42,844 nucleotides of DNA from positions 1 to 42,844 of the forward strand of contig CANPVK010000003.1 of assembly GCA_947581715.1 (NCBI GenBank), read 5' to 3'. Below the pieces are notes generated by a model. It did no database searches. It was not told the origin of the DNA and was given only the letters and a program-made list of their open reading frames with translations. Numbering within the stretch: the stretch's first letter is position 1; every line of letters begins with the position of its first letter. The DNA is from an uncultured Bacilli bacterium. GTDB taxonomy: Bacteria > Bacillota_I > Bacilli_A > RF39 > UBA660. This document shows positions 1-6,857 of the stretch, one piece after another. The position numbers and the translations under genes were made by a program.

Positions 1-1206
1 TCAAATTGGTATAATTATGGAACAAAACAATGGGCCAATGTAGTCATATTAAAAGATGAGAATGAAGAATATGAAAACAATAAGATAATACCAGAAAGTT
101 CTATAGAAAGTTATTTTGTATGGATACCAAAATATAGTTATCAGATTTGGGATTTAGGAAATTACTCAGGATTCTCAAAGATTGAAAATAAAGTACATGA
201 GATTCAAATAAAATTTGGATTAGAAAATACGATAGATGATCATGTTAGTGTAGAAAAACAATGTAAAACACCAATGAATGGAAGTCAAGGAATTGCAGGA
301 GGAAGTGGAGCATGTCAAGAGGGAGATTATATGACTCATCCAGCCTTTTTAGCATTTGATAGTACTGGATTTTGGGTAGGAAAGTTTGAAACAGGATATG
401 AGGGAGCAAAACAAACAACAGAGGCTCAAATAAATGAAGCAAAATCAGATAAAATCATTATTAAACCGAATGTTTATAGTTGGAGAAATATCAGTGTGGG
501 GAATGCTTTTCAAGCAAGTTATGAATATTTACTAGCAGATCAATCTCATATGATGAAAAATACAGAATGGGGAGCAGTTGCCTATTTACAACATTCTAAA
601 TATGGTTCTCAGGAAAGTGTAAGAATTAATAATAATCGTAATTATATTACAGGATATGCAGGAACAGAAGAACCAACATTAGGCTATAATAATGGAGAAG
701 ATATTGAAGGAAATCATATAGAAGGTACAGAACTTAATCAAAACGGAACTTATACAAAAATGTATAATACTACTGATGGATATAAAGCATCTACAACAGG
801 AAATATTACAGGAGTTTATGATATGAGTGGAGGAGCTTGGGAATATGTGATGGGATATACGGTAACAGGGGAAAGTAATGACAAATCAGAATTTATTCCA
901 AATAATTATAATTCTAAATACTATGACACTTATTCATCATCAGTAAATACAAATTATAATAATCGAATTTTAGGAGATGCAACAGGAGAGATGGGACCGT
1001 TTGGAAGTGAAACAGATTCTGATGGCTATCAACGTTATAAAAGTAATTGGTACAAAGATTTTTCTCACTTTGTGTATTCGGTTTCCCCTTGGTTCATCCG
1101 TGGTGGTCTTTGGTACCATGGTACGACTGCCGGTTCCTTTGCCTTCGCCGACGGCCCTGGCAGTGTGTATTTTTCCTATTCTTTCCGCATTGTTTTAACA
1201 CCATAA
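1..1206 (+). CDS. 5'-truncated C-type lectin (CLec)/FGE-sulfatase-like fold protein, probable DGR target (surface adhesin/pilin-like)
   Basis: Frame 1 is open from base 1 (SNWYNYGTKQWANVV...YFVWIPKY...), so the ATG at 274 is internal. Motifs THPAF, GFWVGKFE, MMKNTEWGAVAYL, TGNITGVYDMSGGAWEYV and C-terminal PWFIRGG...SFR are typical of CLec/FGE-type DGR target domains. Confidence 0.8.
   Translation, partial: SNWYNYGTKQWANVVILKDENEEYENNKIIPESSIESYFVWIPKYSYQIWDLGNYSGFSKIENKVHEIQIKFGLENTIDDHVSVEKQCKTPMNGSQGIAGGSGACQEGDYMTHPAFLAFDSTGFWVGKFETGYEGAKQTTEAQINEAKSDKIIIKPNVYSWRNISVGNAFQASYEYLLADQSHMMKNTEWGAVAYLQHSKYGSQESVRINNNRNYITGYAGTEEPTLGYNNGEDIEGNHIEGTELNQNGTYTKMYNTTDGYKASTTGNITGVYDMSGGAWEYVMGYTVTGESNDKSEFIPNNYNSKYYDTYSSSVNTNYNNRILGDATGEMGPFGSETDSDGYQRYKSNWYKDFSHFVYSVSPWFIRGGLWYHGTTAGSFAFADGPGSVYFSYSFRIVLTP
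1060..1194 (+). other. Putative DGR variable region (VR)
   Basis: 45 consecutive codons with no A at position 3 (39 end in C/T, 6 in G). My hand count gives 12 A in 135 nt and 67 G+C in 135 nt, in an otherwise A-rich gene. Encodes the RGG..W..G..AG.F.F....G.......FR pattern at the extreme C-terminus. Confidence 0.8.
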
Positions 1207-1212
1207 TAAAAT

Positions 1213-1255
1213 AAAAGAGAAAGTCTGTTAGTTTCCCTAGCATTCTTTCTCTTTT
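1213..1255. terminator. Long imperfect hairpin between convergent genes (bidirectional terminator; possibly also the DGR downstream hairpin)
   Basis: aaaagagaaag (1213-1223) pairs with ctttctctttt (1245-1255); inner tgttag/ctagca stem with loop tttcc. Confidence 0.7.
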
Positions 1256-1291
1256 TAATGAAATTAACGATATTGCGCTGATTCATTTTCC

Positions 1292-3823
1292 CTAATCTTT
1301 CTTCCTTTCCACTATAGTAAGAATTCCGAGACAAATAAAACTAATTAAAGTAACCATTTTTCCTAATTGAGCATATGGTGCCTGAAATTTCAATGTTATT
1401 TGATGCATCCCTGCTGAGATAGGGAAGCCAATAAATAATTCATTTACTTTTTCTAATTCTATCTTTTGCCCATCTACTAAAACAGTAAATCCTTGATCAT
1501 AAGGAATTGTAAAAAGAAAATATCCATCTTCTTCTTGTGTAATAGTTCCACTAATTTGATTATCTTTGGTTTTTCTATAATCAACGGATAGGGGAGTAAT
1601 ATCTTTTTCTTCAAAAAAAGAATTAGGAACTTCATAAATTTGTATATCTCGAATATCATAAGTACCTTTTGTGAATTCTATTTCCAACTGCTCAATTTTA
1701 TCATTACTTGATAATACATAATCAAAAGTTTCATTATGATTATAATATCTCCAAGTTCTACAAGTTAATTTATTCACAATACCATTAATTGTAATAGAAG
1801 TATCTCCATTCTTACAACTAGGAATATCATGCATAGAGAAATGAATCCATATAGTATGGTTTTGAATTGGTTCCTTGAGTTGTAGTAATATTTTTCCATT
1901 ATTTTGACTAATAATTTGGTAACCAGTATCTACTTTTTCATAACTTAAATTAGAAGTAGAAAGTAGAATCATATTAGAAAGAAAATCAATTTCTTTTCCC
2001 ATAAAATTTAAATTTTCCTGATGATTAGAACCAGATACAATAATATTATTTTGAAAAGCTTCTAATTGTTCCAAGGAAGATAATTGTTGATAAGTATTTT
2101 CATTTAATAAATGAATACTAGAAAAACCAATCGGATAAACGTTTTTATTTTCATATAAAGATCCCACCTGATAATCTTTTATTTTTTGATAACCATAAGG
2201 AACTTCTTGATCTGTTAATAAATAACGAATTCCTAAAAATTTTTGAAAAAACAAATTATTGGTTTGTGCTAACATAAAATGGTTTCGATAAATGTCATTA
2301 TTAAAAAAAGTATCATAGTAATGAGACCAATATGAATAATTGGAAGTAGAAGAATAGAGTGTAGTACGATAATCTCTTTTTCCATAAGAAAAGTTCATAC
2401 CATTAGCAAGACTTAAATCATCTTGATAACGATACATTCCATCTGTATTTTGATTAATATAATTTAAAACATCATAGTTATAATAAGACTGTTGCTTCTG
2501 ATAATCAGAAATCGTTACAAAGTCTTCTCCAAAATGGTTTATCATAGCAATGATACAAGCACTAATGAAAATGGGATATAAATAATAATTTTTTTTCTTC
2601 TTTTGATAAAAGAAAAGCAAAATAAGACTGATACTTAATTCTAAATAAAAATAAAGATATCGTTCATTTTTAATAAAACCTAAGAAAACAAAACTTGTGG
2701 TTAAAACAGCTATAAACAACCATTTCCAAGACTTTTTATCATTCTGAATACTTTTTATTGTTTTTGCAATAAAAAACAAAATTAGAGGTAAAAAAGGGAT
2801 AAATACTTTCCCATTGAAATATAAACCACCATTTAAAAGATAATTAAAGATAGGAAAAGTAATTAGAATCCCGAAAAGAATGGCTGGAACTTTTATTTCT
2901 TTTTTCTGAAAGAAAATACTATAAATAAGACCAATCCATAAAATAGATGTTAATCCAATTCCATAAGTTCCATACATTAAGTAATCGAAAGAAACATCAG
3001 GATAGAATAAAGAGGTTGTGATCTGATTAATAGAAGATAGTCTACCATGAAGAATGACATAAATCAAAGGGAACAATAAAATAGAAGCAAGCAAAATTCC
3101 TAATAAAATTCTCGTAAAAAAGAAGAAAATATCTCTTAAAAATACTTTCCAATCCCATTTTTTTTGCATTTTTATAAGATAAAAAAGGCCATATAAGCAA
3201 ATCGTTATCAAACCTGGAATACTATAATAATAACTGGTTAGTATCATGAAAAAAATATTAATTACTAGTAAACCACTTTTCTTTTGTTCAAAATATTTAA
3301 TTACTCCCACTAATGCTAAGACTAAAAATGGCATATAATTCACAAACATAAAATGTCTATGAAATTGAAAAAAACTACTAGAAAATAAAAATAATAAGCA
3401 AGTAAAAAAACAAATTTGATTCGGAATTTGATTTTTTCTAAGAAAGTAATAGAATAAATAGATAGTAAATAAAATAGAAAGTACATTAATTATCATCAGA
3501 TAAATTCCCATTGGAAGGAAGAAAAAAAGATAGGATAAAAAGGTAATAGGGCTATATAAGCCATAATAAGCAAAATAAAAAATGTTTTGTCCACTTCCCA
3601 AATGAAGGGAAAATTCTGGAAAAAGCTTCCCTGTTTGATAAAATAAATTTCGAAAGTAATCCGGAAATACAATATGTTGTTTCATCCAATCTACATTAGA
3701 ACCAAAGATATACTGTCCATGGGTCATAAAAACTACTAGTAAAAGGCAACATAAGAAAAGAAGAAAAAAATGAATCTTTGCTACTTTACTGATATTTTGA
3801 TATTTTATTTTTAAATTTTTCAT
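1292..3823 (-). CDS. YfhO-family multi-pass membrane protein (GT-C-type glycosyltransferase-like)
   Basis: N-terminal D...QH..F..YFR and G.GQNIFYF.YYGLYSP motifs, many TM segments, C-terminal FTIPYDQGFTV.VDG...LFIGFPI..G.H.I.LKF.AP typical of YfhO. Start moved from 3868 to the ATG at 3823, which follows a GTGGTGA RBS. Confidence 0.85.
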   Translation of the reverse strand: MKNLKIKYQNISKVAKIHFFLLFLCCLLLVVFMTHGQYIFGSNVDWMKQHIVFPDYFRNLFYQTGKLFPEFSLHLGSGQNIFYFAYYGLYSPITFLSYLFFFLPMGIYLMIINVLSILFTIYLFYYFLRKNQIPNQICFFTCLLFLFSSSFFQFHRHFMFVNYMPFLVLALVGVIKYFEQKKSGLLVINIFFMILTSYYYSIPGLITICLYGLFYLIKMQKKWDWKVFLRDIFFFFTRILLGILLASILLFPLIYVILHGRLSSINQITTSLFYPDVSFDYLMYGTYGIGLTSILWIGLIYSIFFQKKEIKVPAILFGILITFPIFNYLLNGGLYFNGKVFIPFLPLILFFIAKTIKSIQNDKKSWKWLFIAVLTTSFVFLGFIKNERYLYFYLELSISLILLFFYQKKKKNYYLYPIFISACIIAMINHFGEDFVTISDYQKQQSYYNYDVLNYINQNTDGMYRYQDDLSLANGMNFSYGKRDYRTTLYSSTSNYSYWSHYYDTFFNNDIYRNHFMLAQTNNLFFQKFLGIRYLLTDQEVPYGYQKIKDYQVGSLYENKNVYPIGFSSIHLLNENTYQQLSSLEQLEAFQNNIIVSGSNHQENLNFMGKEIDFLSNMILLSTSNLSYEKVDTGYQIISQNNGKILLQLKEPIQNHTIWIHFSMHDIPSCKNGDTSITINGIVNKLTCRTWRYYNHNETFDYVLSSNDKIEQLEIEFTKGTYDIRDIQIYEVPNSFFEEKDITPLSVDYRKTKDNQISGTITQEEDGYFLFTIPYDQGFTVLVDGQKIELEKVNELFIGFPISAGMHQITLKFQAPYAQLGKMVTLISFICLGILTIVERKKD

Positions 3824-3920
3824 ATCAATCACCACTTTCATTTTACTACAACCCCTATGAAATAGCAATTCTTATCCTTTTTTGTTGACAGAAGTGATAT
3901 AATAGAATTAGGTGAAAAGC

Positions 3921-4832
3921 ATGAATACAGAAAGAAAAATTGAAGAAACAATTTCTGAATATTTAGAAAGTGTAGTTGCAGAACTTCATTTATCTAGAAA
4001 TACGAAATATGCTTATCAAAATGACTTAAAAGAGTACCAAAAATTTTTACTGCAAAAGAAAAAGAAAAAATTGATTTCTCAAATAGAAAGACAAGATATT
4101 ATAGAGTATTTAGAAATTTTAAAAAGAAAGGAATTAGCACCTACTACAATTGCTCATCATTTAACTAGTATTAAAAATTATCATAAGTTTTTATTACAAA
4201 ACGAATATTTAAAAAAAGATATCTCTAGTAGCATTGAAAGACCAAAGCTAACCAAAAAGTTACCAAATGTTTTAACAGTAAATGAGGTAATGTGTTTATT
4301 AGATATACCTCTTCATACTCCAATTGACTATCGAAATAAATGTATGTTAGAATTATTGTATGGAACTGGTCTTAGAATTAGTGAACTTCTTAGTCTCACC
4401 ATCAATGATATTGATTTGATCAATTGTACTGTACGTTGCGTTGGAAAAGGGGATAAAGAAAGAATTGTACCGATCAATGATTATGCCATTGATGCAATTA
4501 AAGTTTATTTGCAACAAAGACCAATTCTTTTAAAGCAAAAAAATACCAAAGAATTATTTTTAAATAGTCGAGGAGATAAAATTAGTAGAGAAGGTTTTTT
4601 TAAGGTTTTAAAAAAGATATTATTAGAAAAAGGCTTGAATCCTAACATCTCCCCTCATACTTTGCGTCATAGTTTTGCTACGCATTTATTAGAATATGGT
4701 GCGGATTTAAGAGTTATTCAAGAAATGCTAGGTCACAGTGATATTTCTACCACTAGAATATATACCCATATTACCAATCGTAAAATTAGGGATGATTATG
4801 AAAAATATCATCCTAGAAATGAGAAAGAGTGA
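3921..4832 (+). CDS. xerD: Site-specific tyrosine recombinase XerD (RipX)
   Basis: LLYGTGLRISEL, GKGDKER, SPHTLRHSFATHLLEYGADLRVIQEMLGHSDISTTRIYTH (R-K-H-R-H-Y catalytic set). Directly upstream of phosphopentomutase like B. subtilis ripX-drm. ATG 3921 follows an AGGTGA RBS and a TGaTATAAT extended -10. Confidence 0.92.
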   Translation: MNTERKIEETISEYLESVVAELHLSRNTKYAYQNDLKEYQKFLLQKKKKKLISQIERQDIIEYLEILKRKELAPTTIAHHLTSIKNYHKFLLQNEYLKKDISSSIERPKLTKKLPNVLTVNEVMCLLDIPLHTPIDYRNKCMLELLYGTGLRISELLSLTINDIDLINCTVRCVGKGDKERIVPINDYAIDAIKVYLQQRPILLKQKNTKELFLNSRGDKISREGFFKVLKKILLEKGLNPNISPHTLRHSFATHLLEYGADLRVIQEMLGHSDISTTRIYTHITNRKIRDDYEKYHPRNEKE

Positions 4833-6004
4833 TGTTGATGAAATTTAAAAGAATATTTTTATTGATTTTAGATTCTGTAGGAGTAGGAGAGGCGCTAGAT
4901 GCTAATAATTATGAAGATAATGGTGCTAATACATTAGGACATATCAAAGAAAAATATGATTTATTTATTCCTAACTTAAAAAAACTTGGCTTTTTAAATA
5001 CGATTAATATGAATGAAAATCCTGATGTAGACGCTTATTATACTATTGCTAGACCAACCAATCCTGGGAAAGATACCTTAAATGGTCATTATGAAATTAT
5101 GGGTGTTAAAAATGAAGTACAATTTAAAAATTTTTCTGAAAAGGGATTTCCTAGAGAATTACTGGATCAAATTGAAAAAATAACAGGAAGAAGAGTAATT
5201 GGAAATAAAAATTGTAATGGTAGTGAAATTATTAATGAATTTGGTGAAAGACAACTTCAATATGGATTTTTAATCGTATATACTTCCAATGGTTCTAATT
5301 TACAGATAACTGCACATGAAGATGTGATACCAGTAGCAAAATTATATGAATATGCAGAAAAAATTCGAAAAATTACTACAACTGAAGAATGGAAAATTGG
5401 CAGAGTCATAGCAAAACCATTTACGGGAAAACCTGGAAATTTTCGTTTCACCAACGAAAGGCAAGATTTTGCTTTAAAACCTCCAACTATGAGTATTATG
5501 AACTATTTAAAAGAAAATCACTATAGTGTAATTTCAATTGGCAAAATAGCAGATGTTTTTGATCAAGAGGGGATTACCAAGAATATTAGAGCTAGAAACA
5601 ATCAAGAAGCTTTTAATAAACTGGGGGACATTATGACCAAAAATTTTACTGGATTATGTGCTGTTAATCTAAGTGATTTTGATAGTTTTTATGGTCATAA
5701 AAGAGATGTTGAGGGATATGCACACGCAATAGAAGAATTAGATGTAGAAATCCCTATTATCATCAATAAATTGGAAACAGATGATTTATTGATGATTACT
5801 GCAGATCATGGTTGTGATCCTACATTTAAAGGATTTGATCATACTAGAGAAAATGTTCCTGTAATTATATATGGTCGTAACTTAAAAGAACCTAAACGCT
5901 TAGAAATATTAGAAACAATGGCTGATATCGGTGCTACCATTGCCGATAATTTCGAAGTAAATAAACCATTTATTGGAAAAAGTTTTTTAGAGAAATTAAA
6001 ATAG
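4829..6004 (+). CDS. deoB: Phosphopentomutase
   Basis: ILDSVGVGE, GKDTLNGHYEIMG, DFDSFYGHKRD, ITADHGCDPT, DHTRENVP motifs. Confidence 0.92.
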   Translation: MMLMKFKRIFLLILDSVGVGEALDANNYEDNGANTLGHIKEKYDLFIPNLKKLGFLNTINMNENPDVDAYYTIARPTNPGKDTLNGHYEIMGVKNEVQFKNFSEKGFPRELLDQIEKITGRRVIGNKNCNGSEIINEFGERQLQYGFLIVYTSNGSNLQITAHEDVIPVAKLYEYAEKIRKITTTEEWKIGRVIAKPFTGKPGNFRFTNERQDFALKPPTMSIMNYLKENHYSVISIGKIADVFDQEGITKNIRARNNQEAFNKLGDIMTKNFTGLCAVNLSDFDSFYGHKRDVEGYAHAIEELDVEIPIIINKLETDDLLMITADHGCDPTFKGFDHTRENVPVIIYGRNLKEPKRLEILETMADIGATIADNFEVNKPFIGKSFLEKLK

Positions 6005-6019
6005 GGAAGTAGGGGAGTA

Positions 6020-6056
6020 AAAAAGTAAGGAAAGTTTAAGAATTTCCTTACTTTTT
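6020..6056. terminator. Bidirectional intrinsic terminator
   Basis: Perfect 14-bp inverted repeat aaaaagtaaggaaa / tttccttacttttt between convergent deoB and the small Cys-rich ORF. Confidence 0.85.
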
Positions 6057-6206
6057 ATCACATTCAAAACTTTTACATAAAGTTTCATCATTTTCTTTGA
6101 CTTGTTTTGGATTTTCAATTGCTCCAATTAAAATTTCTTTTAACATGCAACTATTATCATTTTGAAATTTACACGAGGAAACATGGCATTTAATTTTTTG
6201 ATTCAT
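6048..6206 (-). CDS. DUF1540-like small cysteine-rich protein (52 aa; not in ORF track)
   Basis: MNQKIKCHVSSCKFQNDNSCMLKEILIGAIENPKQVKENDETLCKSFECDKK matches the I.C.V..C.....C....I.......T.C.SF pattern; purine-rich leader and a promoter upstream. Confidence 0.8.
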   Translation of the reverse strand: MNQKIKCHVSSCKFQNDNSCMLKEILIGAIENPKQVKENDETLCKSFECDKK

Positions 6207-6237
6207 ACTTTTCTTGTTCTTCACCCCCTTTTATTTT

Positions 6238-6267
6238 TAGTATACACTTCCCCTACTGTTTTTATAC
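6238..6267 (-). promoter_or_regulatory. sigmaF/sigmaG-type promoter of the DUF1540 gene
   Basis: Minus strand reads GTATA-15 bp-GTGTATACTA (sigmaF spacing), or equivalently GTATA-18 bp-TATACTA (sigmaG spacing). Confidence 0.55.
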
Positions 6268-6546
6268 AATAAAAAAAGAGGGGAGAGGTAATTCTTTGAA
6301 AAAGCAAATCAATAGAAAAATAATTCTGATTGAAATATAAATGGATAATTGATATATTGTAGAAATAACAATGAATTATTAATAGTTTATAAAATGAAAA
6401 ATTTGATGTAATTTTCATAATAAGTTAATGGATAATAATATATGTGATTTATTTTAAATTAAAATAAATAAATATACATTTATAATAAATACAATTATTC
6501 CTTTTAATTTAAATATAAATCAGAAAATAATATTTGAAAATTACTT

Positions 6547-6574
6547 AGTTAACATAATATCAATTATACGAAGT
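6547..6574 (-). other. dif: dif site (XerC/XerD chromosome dimer resolution site)
   Basis: Minus strand ACTTCGTATAA-TTGATA-TTATGTTAACT: 11+6+11 architecture closely matching B. subtilis dif (ACTTCCTAGAA-TATATA-TTATGTAAACT). It is intergenic, near xerD, and downstream genes point toward it. Confidence 0.88.
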
Positions 6575-6690
6575 TAATTGAATTTATTAATTTTTTTCAA
6601 AATAAAATAGATTGGTATTTATTCGGTATTCCTATTAGTATTAATTACTTTCAATATATGGTATAAATGATTCTATATTTTTAATCAAAA

Positions 6691-6721
6691 AAAATATGTA
6701 TTCTCATACAATACATATTTT
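6691..6721 (-). terminator. Intrinsic terminator downstream of the helicase gene
   Basis: 12-bp perfect inverted repeat aaaatatgtatt / aatacatatttt with a 7-nt loop; T-run on the minus strand. Confidence 0.6.
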
Positions 6722-6737
6722 GTCTATGTGATTATTG

Positions 6738-6748
6738 TTATGTTAACT
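6738..6748 (+). other. Isolated XerD-binding half-site
   Basis: TTATGTTAACT, an exact copy of the XerD arm of the dif site in opposite orientation, with no recognisable XerC arm. Confidence 0.5.
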
Positions 6749-6857
6749 TCATAATTTTTAAATATTATTTGCTTATTAATAAAATATTAATTGAAATTTT
6801 GCTTCTTCTTTATTTACCTATTATCACCCACTACTCTTTTTTTCATTAATTTTATTC

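Noticed and set aside
977-1198. 73-aa alternative-frame ORF over the VR
   Set aside because: Stop codons are scarce because the region is A-depleted; it lies wholly inside the real gene and has no recognisable motif.
3885-3903. TTGACA and TATAAT upstream of xerD as a canonical -35/-10 pair
   Set aside because: The spacer is only 7 bp; the TGnTATAAT extended -10 alone is the plausible element.
3921-4832. Tyrosine recombinase as a prophage or ICE integrase
   Set aside because: XerD-type sequence, linkage to deoB and absence of phage or conjugation genes indicate the housekeeping recombinase.
6069-6080. Further XerD-arm-like matches (here, and near 9317, 17075 and 34185)
   Set aside because: Only partial matches, expected by chance in such AT-rich DNA.
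6565-6577. 12/13 match to a loxP arm (TATACGAAGTTAa)
   Set aside because: Only one arm matches; the partner arm is XerD-type and the spacer is 6 bp, so this is dif rather than loxP or a cloning artefact.
6270-6857. AT-rich gap as possible DGR template repeat, CRISPR array, ncRNA or oriC
   Set aside because: No similarity to the VR backbone, no regular repeat-spacer pattern and no DnaA-box cluster seen; the 6221-6418 ORF looks like low-complexity noise.
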